From: Lama glama | Lineage: Eukaryota | Assembly (NCBI GenBank): GCA_028534125.1 | Contig: CM052817.1 | Span: 73,100,001 to 73,164,000 of the forward strand | Length of the DNA stretch: 64,000 nt | Direction: 5' to 3' | In this document: positions 1-13,156 of the stretch, one piece after another | How positions within the stretch are numbered: the stretch's first letter is position 1 | Layout: every line of letters starts with the position of its first letter | Made by a program: the position numbers and the translations under genes | The notes under the pieces: generated by a model | Database searches by the model: none | Seen by the model: the letters and a program-made list of their open reading frames with translations, nothing else | What the model was told of the DNA's origin: nothing

Positions 1-1984
1 CAAATCACTGAACTTCTGACTTTATCTTCAGATTGGCAGCATATTACTTGCTACCTTCCTCATTGTAATCTTATAAAAGTAAAATAATCAAGCCAAATCT
101 ATTTCTTTTTGTCAATATGTATTATGAAATGCCTTTTCTTCTCTAATTGTGGAAAGGGTAGAATGAATTCTCTAACTTGTCTACATTTAAGTAAATTCAT
201 CCTTGGGTCAGAATGTTGCTTTGGAATTTTTTGCAAGTTGAATCATATACTCACTTTATTTCCCCAATGAGGTCTTTGAGGGTTTATTTTGTTTCTTGGT
301 AATCTTCAAAAGTTTGAAATACAGTATATAAGGGATACTCAATAAATGCTTAGCTAACCATCCAGGAGTTTGCAAATATAGTCAGTTTGTATTAATTTAT
401 ATTTTAAACCTCTAAGTTAGCTATTAAAGCCAAGCGTTAAGGAAACAGTAGGAAAAAAATTTTTTTGCCAGTAATAGAGTATGTAAAAAAGCTCATGTGT
501 TTCACTTGCCTTTTTTGGTTTACTCATTTTTTAAAAATTCTCTGTATCACTGTTAATTCTATACTGGCAAATATTCCTTCATTAGCTAAAAGCAAAGAAT
601 AGAATTAACACCAAGTCTCAGATCTCTGTCCTCTTTATTAGAGAAAAGAGAAAATGGGAGTTCTTCCGCTTGAGGAGCTACCAAAGAAAGTGAGTGGACT
701 GGCTCAAAACCAATCAAGTTATCCCTCAAATCAGGTGATTGACGTTCTGGGCACACTTGCTCCATGACCGAGTGGCATTTTACTCAGTGGTAGAACTCTT
801 ATAGAAAGCATAGAATCCTGAAATTATAAAACTCTTCTCATTTTCCAAGCCAGCCTGATGAAGTGAGGGCCTCCGGGTCTCTGCAGGCACAGAGAGCAAA
901 GTAGGCCTGGTTTTCTGCTTGAGCCTTTCTGGCTAAGACAAGCCATGTCGAGGACTCTGTTTTTATATATGCGGTGGGATGCTTCAGAGCCCTGTCAAGA
1001 GCTAAGTAAACAAAATGTTAAACATGCTAACTTTCCTCTGTAGACACTTCTTGTTCCTTTATCATCACGCAGAAGTAGTAAAATACTGCTGTAAACTCTC
1101 CTAAAGAGCTCCTGGCGGCTGGGCTTAACTTGGTTGTCACTGTATTGAGGTAGTTTGGTGTGTGTAACGTTTGTCCCACTGATTGACACGTTTGACTTTG
1201 GGCCCTCAGAGTGTGTGGGTATCCGAGTTGTTCTCCATCACAGTCGCTTGCCACTAGAGGAAACGTGAGTTCGCACTTGTTCCTAGGCCAGTAGGAGGCT
1301 CCCTGCCAAGACCCATCAGTTGCTGGTGACATGCACACGCTGTGTGAATCACACGGCCACATGGTGGACTTTTATTATGTCCACCCAGGAGCGTGGTCTG
1401 CCAATCCCCAGGCCAGAGGCCCACCCCCGGGCGCCTTTGACATTTCAAGTATAAAATAAATAAAGAGCTTTGTATGTGTCTCAGGACGAAGAAGAAGATG
1501 AGGGGTTGAGGGTGTTTCTGTCTGATCTGTAATCCGATGGGCCCTCTTCCCCTTAGCTGCTTCAGGGCTCTTTTCTGACACCACAGACAGAGGCGCGGCT
1601 CAGGGCTGGAGGCAAACAGCTGATTAAACCAAGTTGGCTGGGTTTAAGGGTTTTTATAAAAAGCAAATAAAATTCACATCTTTTTTTCCTGAAAATGTCT
1701 GACTGGTCATAACATTTCAATTCTCTTACAGCATTTCTATTCATTAATTAAATGTGGATCTGGAAAATTATTTAGGGCATAATTCCACTGTAACATGGCT
1801 TTATATTGGGAAAAAATATCAAGAACCTGAAGACTGCACAGCCAAGCAATTTTCTTTCTCAAAACCATAAATGCTAATGAAGCCAACAAGGAAATCAAAT
1901 CCCAAAAGAGGTAAAGTAAAGAGAAATTGGGTGACTCTTTAAAAAAATAAAACTTTATTTCTTGGAAATGTTATCAAAAACAGT

Positions 1985-2330
1985 AACTGATACCTATCAA
2001 GCAATAATTACATGCTAGGTAATATTCTTTGTGTTTTACATATATTAACTCAATTGATCCTTTTAAAACTCTGAGAGATTGGCGGGGAGGGGGTTTAGCT
2101 CAGTGGTAGAGTGCATGCCTTGCATGCATTAGGTCCTGAGTTCAATCCCCAGTCATTATTTTAAAAATAGTAATAAAGAAAGAAAAACAAAAGTTAAAAA
2201 AAAAACTCTGTGAGATTGGTCCTATTATTACCCCCTTTTTTTACAGATAAGGAAACTGAGGTATAATTTGCCTTAGGCTGCTCAGCTAGCAAGTAGCAGA
2301 ACTAAAATTGAAACCCAAGAACCCTGACTG
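1985..2330 (-). mobile_element. MIR SINE, interrupted by the younger SINE
   Basis: MIR core ttacagataaggaaactgagg; flanks rejoin across the TSD. Confidence 0.7.
2083..2201 (+). mobile_element. tRNA-Ala-derived SINE (Vic-1-like, camelid type)
   Basis: ggggagggggtttagctcagtggtagagtgcatgc...ggtcctgagttcaatccccagt with Pol III A and B boxes and an A-rich tail; TSD aaaactctg(a/t)gagattgg at 2065-2082 and 2202-2219. Confidence 0.85.
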
Positions 2331-4099
2331 CAAAGTGCAATAGTGCTTCACTTGGCTGCCTACTGAAGACTTAAACAGAAAAACTGCAGTACCTTCATTT
2401 TTCTGCTCCAAGAATTTCAGAGCCCCGCTCATCCCTTTTCTCCAGTACAGATTGCTCCTTTGTGGCGTATCTCTAACTTCAAAATCTACATGATTCCTCG
2501 TAAAATAACTCTTTTGGCCGCGGGAATTATAGATACAGATTTGAAAATATTTTGTTGCAAAATTAACCTTAATCTCCACATTTACTGGCCTCATCAAAAG
2601 TATATGATGCTTTACAGCCCTGGCAATTTTATATCATAGTATGTTTCATGCCATTTCCATATACATACTGCACCATCACCTGGACTTTCTTCCTATTCCA
2701 TCCCTGGAGACAGCCAGCAGCTTTGCCATTCTGACTCTGTAGGTATAAACGGAACATTTCGGTTGCCTCATCCACCTCAGCACAGACTACTCCATTTCTT
2801 CTTTTAAAGAAATTTCTCTTTTAAAAGAGAACTGTTTCTTTTCTAGCAAATTACACCTGCTATGTTTTTCTACAGAACTCTAATATCTATTTAAAGGGGA
2901 AGCAAAGTGTATTTTGAGGACAAGTCAGAACCCCAGATGAATTCTTATCCTGATCTTTGCTTGGAGCTTTGGGCAAGCTACTCAACCTCCTCCTGCCTCT
3001 TCACCCCCTCTTCATGGCTCAAATTATTTACCTAGAGTTTGGGGAGACAATATCTGCCTCCCACAGGATATGCCTCAGACTGAAAGCCCTGCAAAGTTTA
3101 TAAAATACTTTTTCCTATTCTATGAATGGCTCCCAGTGTCATGGCAGCTCTGGATTTGGGGACATATGGAGTCAGTATATGGGAATGCTGTTCTCTTAGT
3201 TGGGGTGCAGAAATACAAAGAAAACTCTCCTAGAAGGACCATTTGGAAGTCATAAGCACAGGAGCCTCGAGCAGGACCAGATGGCAGGCCTGACTCACCT
3301 TGACCTGAGATGTCGCTCTTCCAGCCATGGGGCTAGGCTAATAGTTCATCAGATGTCACCATGGCTGATGGAGTAGGTAACTGTAGCTGGGGAGTATGAG
3401 CAGCAGACCCTGCAACAATGGCCTTTTCTTTTTCCCCTTCTTTCTTCCTGAGGCCGGCAGGTAACCTGTTTGTGACCCGGAACATTCTCATTGCACTTTC
3501 CTGCGCAGTCAAGTTTGATAAACACATTCAGCTGCAGGGGAACTGGAGAGAATGGGGCACAAGAGCAAGAGAGAAAGAGGGACGAGGCAGCTTTGGCCTC
3601 CAACTACCTATTTTAACAAGGTGTGGCCCTCTAGCTGGAAATCTTGCTATTAAAGAGCCATAGCAAAGAACTTCATTTTCACTTACAGAATTTTCTAAAA
3701 TCTATTTACTTTTTTTAAAAAATCACAGCAGACTCCTTCATTTTCTTTATAAAGGGAATGAAAAATGAATTGAATTTCTTGGCAATCAGTGTTTGTTAAA
3801 CTAATGGTTCAAACTGCCTGTCTCATCAGTTATTTCAATAGCCTATCCTTACTCCTGGCTTCCCAATGATCTCTTTGAAATGCCTGCTCATTTCATTCCC
3901 CAACTAGATTTCTTTTCTCCTCTTCTGTCTTCAACTATTTCAGATCCTACCCTTGAGAAATCTTCCTGTGCAAGTGCCCCTCCGTGCTCTGAAGTGCTGT
4001 CTTTTACTGTCTTTCAATGAAATCACTGGCTCCAGCCCTAAGGGCAGGCAGGAACTGACTTATTACCTATGCAATATTCCTAGACTTGGGTTTCCATTT

Positions 4100-7000
4100 T
4101 ATTGTTTTTAATTTTTTTCCTTAAATGTCAAATAGGTATCAAAAATTAGAAAATGAGTATAATATACGCAGAACACAATTAGTATCTATAGATCAAGCAA
4201 CCAGTTTAAGTAAAAGAACCCTTCACTTTCTTTGAAATCTCCTGTGTCTGTACAGCTACCTCCCATCTTCTTCACTTTCCCCTCAGTGAATCCACTATTC
4301 TGAATTTTTAGTTTATGTTCCCTTACTTTTCTTTGTAATTTTACCTTATATATTTGTATCCTATATTAGTATGTTGTTTAGCTATGAATGTTTGTAAATT
4401 ATATGCATGTACTCATCTGTGACTTCCTTTTTATAGTTCTAAGATTCATCCATGTTGTTATATGTAACTGTAATTCATTCATTTGCTTATTCTATTCTAG
4501 TGTATAAATATACCTGTTTTCTAATTCATTCTCCTGCTGATGGATATATGAATTGTTCCCTTTTGTTAATTTACAAACTATTACCAGCTGTGTCACTGTG
4601 AACATTCTTATACATATCCCCTAGGCACAAGTCCAAAAGCTTTCATAAACTAGAGTATATGCCTGAGAGTGGACACAGGGTCATAGTATGTGCATCTTCG
4701 ATTTTACTGGGTAGTACCAAACTGGTGGATGAGAAAAGCTAATACTGACTGTTCTTGACAACTGTTATCCAACTTAAATTTTTTTTTCCTATAAGGAAGT
4801 TGTGCATGTTCTTTCATTGTGGTTTAATTACCCTAATGAGGTTGTTCATTGGCCATTCATGTTTCCTTGTGTGAAGTGTCTGTTCAAGTTTTCTGCTCAT
4901 TCTTTTTCTACTACGTGGTTGGTCCTTTTCTCATTGATTTACAGGCATTCTTTACATATTCTGGATAGAAATCCTTTGTCAGTTAACATATGTTACAAAT
5001 ACTTTCTCCTAGTTTGTTATTTGTCTTTTCACTTTCTTTTCGATGTCTTTTTCCCAATCAGAAGTTCATCTTTCCAATTAATTATATCAATCTTTTCCTT
5101 TACGACTGGCCTTTATTTTTTCACAAGTATTTAAGAAATTCTTTCCTAACCAAAAGTGATAAAGATACTCTCTTCTAGGTATTCTCTTTTGGAAGTTGAA
5201 TGGTTTTGTCTTTCACATTTAGGTCTTTAATCTGACTTGCATTGATTTTTAAAAAAATTAACTCAAATTATATTGAGCTCTGTAATAAATCAGGTTTTCA
5301 TACGTACGTGGGTCTTTTGCTGGACTCCTGATTTTATTTGGAAGATCAGTTTGTCTATACTACTGCCAATAATTTTTGTATCATTTAATATAATTTAATA
5401 TTAATTATTGATGTCTGATGTGACACCCTTCTCCTCCCTTGTTATTTTTTGTTAGGAGTATCTTGATTATTCTTAAACTTTGTTCTCACACATACATTTT
5501 AGAACTCTTGTAAGGTTGTGCACAAAGATAAACAAACACACACACAGCTGTTTGTTTTGATTAGAATTGCATTAAAGATACAGGTTAATTTGGTGAAATT
5601 GATGTCTTGATAATACTGAATTTTCCAGGCCACTAGCATGGGATATCTCTTCATGTATTTAGATTTTTATTAATGTCTTTCAATAAAGTAAGTTTTATAA
5701 TTTTTCTCTAAAAGTCTTGCATATTTATTGTTATCATTATTCTTAGATATTCTCTATGTACACATATATCTTATTTTTATTTACATATTTCATACCATTG
5801 TAAATGATATATTTTTATTAAATTACATTTTTAGCTATATAAAGTGATGCTTTAGTTTCTACTAATGCTTTTTGCCTTAAAGTCTGTTTTATCTGATATT
5901 AATATAGCTATATCAGCTTTCTTTTAGTTTGTATTTTTCTAGTATATCTTTTTCCATCTTATTTTAATGTTTCTATATTCTTATTCTTTAACTAAATTCA
6001 TGTAGCTTTTTTTTAATCTAGTCTATATCATTTTACTATAGCATTTATTTCATTTATATTTATTGGAAGTATTGATATGTTTTTGTTCCACTTTGACTGA
6101 ATTCCATACATTTTGATATGTAAAATTATTATTCCATTATATTATTTTCTAATTTCCATAGTAAAGACTTCTTTGACTTGTGAGTCATTTAGAAGTATAT
6201 TTCTTAATTTTCTTTTTTTCTTGCCTTCTTTTAGATTGGCTTTTTCTTTTTTTCCCTTCTAGTAGTTTCAGAGATGTATGTTTTATTTCAATTTTTTAAG
6301 GGTTACCTTAGAAATTTTGTCAGTGTCAAAGTTAATGTCTCCACTCCTGACCAACTCAAGGATCTTAGAAAATTTTAATATCAATCACTCTACTCCTGAC
6401 ATACATTGCTGTTTGTGTTTGTCTGTATATTTTTCTATTTTTTTATCATAAAACATTGTTGTAGATTTGTACAATGTTTGTTTATGATTAACCAATAACT
6501 TACCACTTTATTGCTTGTTGCTTATCCTTGAATCTCAGGGCCTTCATCTATGATCACTTTCCTTCTGTCTAAAGTACATACTATACATGTATGTTTGGTA
6601 AAGAGTTGTTGATGTTTATTTTAAAATATTTTAATTTTGCAGGGTTTCCCCTCCTAGCATATTAAAGATAGCCTTTCACTATCTTCTAGTTTCCATTGTT
6701 GCTTTAGGTAGCCATCTAAAAATTCAGTCTTATTTTTTTGAAGGTAATCTGTCTTTTCTCTCTGTTCGTTTTAAAGATCTTCTTTATGTCTTTTGTGTTA
6801 ACCTAGTTTCACTGTGATGTTTCTAGGTGTGGATTTTTATTTATTTATTCTGCTTGAAGATAATGGGAATTTTAATTACTGTCTTTCTGCTAGTCTAAAA
6901 GTTGTTAGTCATTACCTCTCCAAATTTCTTCTGCTTCCTCCACTTCTTCCCATCTAAGACTCTGAACAGACATATGTTAGAGCTTTCCTGTCAAGCTTCT

Positions 7001-8050
7001 GTGTTTCTTAATCTCTCTTGTATTTTCCATCCCTTTGTCTTTTTCTGTTGCGTTCTAGGTGATATGTTCTGATGTATCATTCAGTTCAAAAATTCTATCT
7101 TTAGCCAGAGCTAATATTTTATCAAATATATCCAATTCATTGAATTTAAACATTTTAATTATGTTTTTTGTTTCTAGAAATGTTATTTGATTCTACTTCA
7201 ATCTTCTTGTACCTTTTTATAGTTTCTTATTTTTTATTCATACACTCAACATATACTTTCAGTTCTTAAACGTGTATATTTTATAGTCTCTATCTGATAA
7301 TTCCACTATTTAAAGTTTTTGTGGGTCTGACTTTACTGTCTGTTGTTTCTGCTTTCATTCTTTGTTTCTTTCTACCTTATGTACTTTGTGAGCTATGACC
7401 AGGAGTTTATATTTCTTTTATAGGTGAGAATTCTTTGAAACTTGGATCAAAATCAGATTCCTTTAGAGAAGATTATATTTCATTCCACCAGTTGCCTGAG
7501 AAAACCACCAACCTAGGATCAATTTTAAATAACTTATTTAAAAATAATTATCAAGAAGAGGTTTTGTGGACCTGTGGCTTCAAATTCTCAAGGCAAAAAT
7601 TTTTGTTCTCCAGGAAGCAGCATGTTTTGCCATAGAAAGTTTTCCTAGAGATAGAGAAAGAAGATGAGAATATATTTTTAGCCCACCTCTACAGTAAAGG
7701 TGCATCCTTTTAGGGTCTCAGTTTTATGCAGGGGACAGTCTCCCCTTGTACTTCCCATGTGGGTAAGCCTTTGATTTTATTTCCTACCGTCTTATGCTCT
7801 AAGATAGTGAAAACCAGTTTTAGCTCACAATGTTAGGCAGATACACTCAAGGCAAAGACTAGATTCTGTGTTATCTTTCTGAGTTCCAGCTTTTACTCGA
7901 TTTTTATCTTCTGAGTAATCCTTCCTTTCTTGCCATTTCATTGATACATTTTAGAGGTTTTAACATGCTTTTCAAGCATTTTTAGTTGTTTTCAGCAGGA
8001 GTGTTGGTTTGGGCATATAGTCTTACATACTGCTAGATATAGAAATCTAC
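4100..8050 (-). mobile_element. Old degraded L1 (L1M/HAL1-type) fragments
   Basis: T-rich antisense L1 motifs (attcatccatgttgt, tttcacatttaggtctttaatc, ctgatattaatatagcta); no intact ORF; boundaries approximate. Confidence 0.75.
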
Positions 8051-9599
8051 CCTTTAGGCTTTTGGTGACTTAGAAGTTACCTTTTTATGCAGTTTTAAAA
8101 TGCTAACAAACAGCTGTCATCCAAAAGTATCCAACCAAACTCCATAGTTGTATTACTCTCCAATTAGTTTTTCTCCTTTTATTTACCCATTTCCACCACT
8201 AATCAGTACAAGAGGTAATATAGTCAGAGTTGGTGTATGGGGTTGCTCAGGAGAGGGTGAGAGGCTGGGAAAGGCTGCATTGTCATTGCTGGAGCCAGAC
8301 TGGAGAAGTGTATTCTGATTATTCTGTGTTGGAGACCAGAATACATTTTCTCCTAAAAACAATATGATAAATACTTTTGAATGTAGATGAAAAAGTATTG
8401 TTAGCATAAGTATTCATGTGCATATGAATTAAATGAGCTCTGTAAACTTGCTTGTAAATTTAACCAACTATTAATTGAATTCCAACAAAGATAATTTAAA
8501 TTGAACATTTGGAATACAGTCATGTGTGATATGCTCTGTATAGTTCATTTTAAATATATTGATATGTTAGTCCTCTAATTACATTATAAGCTCCCTGAGA
8601 GTACAGACCATCTCTTTTACTTCTTTCTGCTTCCCGACATCTTCAAGCCTAAGGATTCACACTAGTTGGCTGGTGGATTATTATTGAGGTGGCAGCCAGT
8701 AGACCATGGAATACCTTTGGAGTTCTTTTATTTTCCCTAATTTATCCCCTAAAGAGGTACTGATTATCCAGTGAAAAAGGGTCAAACACAAATGCCAAAA
8801 GAAATGGGGCTTTGAATAATTCACTGACTTGCTTATTTTTAATGATGGCCAACTTGCCAATTATTCTATAACTCAGCCACGCAGCTAAATTCTCAGTCAT
8901 CAACAGAGCTAAAGCATCCATATGCAAAAATCAAACACAGAATGTATGAACACATGACCAATAGGCTATGTGTGCATGTGTACTTTAGAGTATATGATTC
9001 TAACTTTGTGGGGTACCTGTTATTCTAGAGATACCTGTTTGCATGCTTGATTGCTTTTTCTGGCCTATTTCTATTTGATTTTTAAGAAAAAAATATATGG
9101 GGGATATTAAAATAGAAAAAACAATTCATAGGTTACTAAATATTTAGAAATAGCACTTTTCCAATTTAGAAATAATGTATAGCTCACAGAGTACCATAGT
9201 TCAGGGGGACAAAAATTGATATGTGTTGTAATTGAAAATGATTCTTTTATAAATGAAGCTGACCAAAATTTCCAGTGGGACTGTTGCCTGAAGGAAAATT
9301 TCCTGGGCTCCAGCCTCTGTTATGCCTAACAATGAACCATACAAGTCTAGACAGATGGTTGGATTCCAAAGTGTTTCTCATGTTACAGTATTTTCTTCCT
9401 ATTGTCTCTCCTGAATTCTACAGGGAAAGAGGAAAATGCTATAACTTTCAAAATATATAAAGAATATCTTTAGTAACAGGTAATAAACATTAATTATCTT
9501 GGAAGTCTCTTCCTTTTTTAGACATGCTTTCTTGGTTAAAATCTGATTGCTTTTGTTGGACAGTATGATTTATCATCCTTACTAGGTTTATTGCTAGAA

Positions 9600-10310
9600 A
9601 TAGAAGATGTATTTATGCCTTTTCTCATCTATGTTCCCTGTCTCAAAGTATGGTAACATTGTCCATTCAGTTTTGAGCTATGGAGAGGCAGAAATCTGGG
9701 ACTCATGCTTAAGACCTTTCATATCCATCCAACACCAGTACTGCATCCACTCCCTAAACAGTTCTCAAATCTGTCCAATTTTCTGTATCTCTGATACTAT
9801 CTCTCTGGTCCAAAGACCTGATATCTCTCACCTGAATTATTGCAATAAGTACCTAACTGATCTACCTGCAGTCACCCTCTTCCTCCCTGCCCCCAGTACA
9901 CAAACTACAGTTAAAGCAGAACGATCTTTCCCAAATGCAAACCTGGTTGTGTTCCTACTGCTACTAGTAGTTTTCTGTGACTCTTAGGGCAAACAAATAA
10001 TTCCTTACCTGGCACATACGGCCCTGCACAGTCCCTGCTTACCTGTTGAGCATCACTTCGTATCAACTTTCTCCTTTTATTTCTAGTGCAGCCAACCTCT
10101 TTCATTCGCTCTCTGTTTTCTTCTATATTATGGCGCTTCACTACCATTTTAACTTCATTAAGCGCTGTTCCTCTTTCAGAGCTTAAGTCAGGCATCACAT
10201 CTTCAGGGGAGCCCCCCTTGACCTGCCCTAGCCTTACCCAAATGATTAGGTCAAGTCCTGTTGTTTGCTCTCACAAAACCACGTATCTTATCTTTCTTTC
10301 ACAGCACCTA
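9600..10310 (+). mobile_element. L2 LINE fragment
   Basis: L2-like tctcacctgaattattgcaataagtacctaactgatctacctgc and downstream L2 3' motifs. Confidence 0.6.
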
Positions 10311-11579
10311 GACAAAAGGAAGGGATTTATGATCCTGTGCATCAGGAATTGGGGTTTCAAGTGAGGAAACAAAAGCAAAGAAGGATATTTATTTAGTAAT
10401 CAGCCTTTAAGATTCAAATCAACACTTCTAAACCACAGAGAAAAGTGTATATAAAAATTTTGTACTTACAGATTCTGAAAAGAGCCAGGAATTTTTCTGT
10501 AAATAAATATCAGATATTCTTTTGCAATAGGCAACCTGGTCTATCTAAACTGCTGCTGAGTATGTAAGTTAAGACCTGAAAAGATTTTAACAAATACTCA
10601 CAACCGATCTCCTCAAAATATGGATGAGAAAAATTAATCTCCGAGGTCTTACAAGTAGTTGATGGTAGAGAATGAAGTGGAATTAGTTGCTGAGCACTAT
10701 TATGTATACTAGTTTTCCTATTTCTAAGTCTTCTTTTCTTTGCTACATACTGTCTCTGCTTAAAGTATAAACAGAAACAAAGAAATTAAATTATATCTTA
10801 ATTTGTCAATAAAATGGAAGACTACTGTCTACCCTAAGAGGATAATATAGCACTAATAAAACATTACTGTAAGCCTTTAGACAAAAGGGTGATGTGCTAT
10901 TAAAATTATACTATAGTTTTATCTCTTTGTACATGAGCTCTTTATATTTTATTACACCTCTTCTTCTATATGAAGTCTTAAAAAACAGATCTTTGGAAAG
11001 AGAACCCCCTTCTTGCTTTAATTTAGGACTTAAAGAAAAGTGAGTGTCCTACTCACCTGTAACTCATTCCAAGCAAATTTGTTCTTAATCTTCTTCTCTA
11101 CGAGATGCATTTTTCAATCTCCATACTAACTTCCCATTATAACCACCATCTCCCTTTTCCAAGGAATGGTGGAAATGGAATATCATTGCTCCACGGCCTC
11201 TTTTTCACTCTAGTCCACTAATTAGCTCTCTGACCAGCCCATAGTGTTTAGTTGTTTTCATAGAAAGACAAGCTAATGGCCAGCTTGTACCGCAAAATAT
11301 TGACTTATAAACACTTGAGCTAAAAGGGAGATTGAAAATCATTTTGATCAACAACCCAATCCATGCAGGAATACTTTCTAGAAACATCTTAAACAGAAAA
11401 AGGATTAAATTTGTATTTATGTTTAAATGCTTCCAGTAACTGATTCTTCATGAACTCCCTATGTGAATGCTCTTTCAGGTAACAAGAATGTTGTATGAAG
11501 AACCCTTCTTGTGTTACTCATCATCAGATATGTGATTGTTTTAATGAAACTGCTTTGGCAGTTCTGTGTCATGTATCTC

Positions 11580-11625
11580 GTGTGTGTGTGTATATGTGCG
11601 CGTGTGTGTGTGCGTGTGTGTGTGC
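11580..11625. repeat. Imperfect (TG)n microsatellite
   Basis: Directly visible. Confidence 0.9.
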
Positions 11626-12924
11626 ATTTTAAAACCTAAAGCATAGAGAGTATACAGACTTTTTTGTATTTTTCATGCAAAAATACAAAATTTAGATTAC
11701 ATAGTTAGCTCATCCGTCATTTTCTGTTCCTGTTAAGTCATAAAATAGAAAAAAGATAGAAAAAACTGCTTTCTTACTATTTCAAATTCAAAACAAACTT
11801 CTTAAAGCAAGGAGGCTATTGAGTAGTAGAGAACATTTTTCCGAACAGCAACACAATAATTCACTGCTTTAGTATTTTTGATGATTACTAAAGCAGTCAG
11901 TTGTTGTGTTGCATGGATCTGCTAGGAGACAGAAGGAGAAGAGTCATCCGTATGTCTGTTGTACTTTCTTCCTTTTCAGATTCTCTTGCTTTGGTGATAA
12001 CATTCCCTACAAGAGTGTCCCCAGATGCAGGTCCACTGTCTATTCTGGCAAACTCAAAAAGAGAATAACTTCCTTTGTTTTGTTTACAATGTGCATTCTT
12101 TAATAGAAGGAAAACAAACAGAAAGATTTGTTAATCAGGTGACTTTCTGGTATTTATTTGTCAGGCATTTTTGTACTGTCAGTGAGTTATTACGTTCTTG
12201 AAATTACCTAGACTGCATTAGTTCATTATAATATACTCGTATTTACATAAGAAATCTCTCAACTGTATATATGTTAAATGGGATCTAAGTAGATCCATTC
12301 ATCCATGTAATAGATCCATCCATATGATAGATCTAGGAAATTGGGTTTTCTGGGATGTCATTTCTCTGTTTTATTTGGCAGTGTGCCTGGCAGTGAAGAG
12401 CTTTAAATTTGGCATCTGTCATTGCCTATTTTGGTCCAAATTATATAATGCTAAATACCATAAGGACTACTGCACAGGGGAAATCAGCAGTGGATTATGA
12501 GCGTAGTAAACTTCATATTACCATGTGCTTCTGTCTGAATATTAGAACTGTTAGCCAGATGCTTCCTGTAGACTTCCAGAGAGGCAGAAAGTGTGGTGCC
12601 GCTGGGATCCAGAGGCTGTGAAGTATGCAGAAGATATATAAATCATAGGATATATTCATTTCATTTGGCTCCATGTGACTTCGCTGACTTCACTGTGGGT
12701 GACTGGGGTCCGCAGCAGGACCCTCTCCCTTCTGCTCTCTGATGCCTTCGAGGTGCTGCCCATCCAGAGCAGGCCCTGCAGTAATTTCACACACTCCCCT
12801 AATAAAGTCCTCGGGGGCTGTCATGTATTTTCATGCATTTGCTCTATTATCCCTCCCTGCTTGAGTCTTACAGATAATTGATGATGCTTCAGTTAATCAT
12901 CTTTCCCCCTCTTTTGTTCACCAG

Positions 12925-13035
12925 GTACCTCAGCCTTGAAGGGGCTCTTTTATTGAGAATCAATGTCTTCTCCTAGGTAATTGATCGCCGTAGACGCAGG
13001 GACACTCGACTCATCATCAAGGGAGGGGAATCATC
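12925..13035 (+). other. ALPK1: ALPK1 5' UTR part of first coding exon
   Basis: Pyrimidine tract plus ccag at 12901-12924, 111 nt before the ATG at 13036. A second possible acceptor (tcttctcctag) ends at 12976. Confidence 0.75.
12963..12980 (+). promoter_or_regulatory. Upstream ORF (MSSPR*) in the ALPK1 5' UTR
   Basis: ATG TCT TCT CCT AGG TAA; the only ATG in this UTR segment; weak Kozak context (-3 T, +4 T). Confidence 0.6.
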
Positions 13036-13156
13036 ATGAATAATCAAAAAGCTGTAGCTGCACTACTACAAGAGTGCAAGCAAGTGCTGGACCAGCTCTT
13101 GTTGGAGGCGTCAGATGTGTCGGAGGAGGACAAGAGGGAGGACCAGCGGTGCAGAG
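13036..13156 (+). CDS. ALPK1: ALPK1 coding exon 1 (human exon 3 equivalent), aa 1-41
   Basis: atcATGa start; [40 protein letters not shown]; donor AG/gtgaga, phase 1. Confidence 0.97.

Noticed and set aside
775..800. A-box-like tactcagtggtaga
   Set aside because: No B box or tail follows; chance match or a tiny relic.
2083..2153. Possible tRNA-Ala gene
   Set aside because: Degenerate acceptor stem, A-rich tail and TSD indicate a SINE.
2814..2831. 18-bp perfect palindrome ttctcttttaaaagagaa
   Set aside because: Low complexity and isolated; plausible by chance or slippage.
11662..11690. 12-bp inverted repeat resembling a hairpin or terminator
   Set aside because: AT-rich intronic sequence; bacterial terminator logic does not apply.
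12279..12335. Short tagatcca repeats with a small hairpin
   Set aside because: Too short and irregular for a miRNA precursor or an array.
1..12900. Upstream non-coding ALPK1 exons or the neighbouring TIFA gene
   Set aside because: No CpG-island promoter, TIFA/FHA coding sequence or convincing exon seen; they probably lie upstream of the window.
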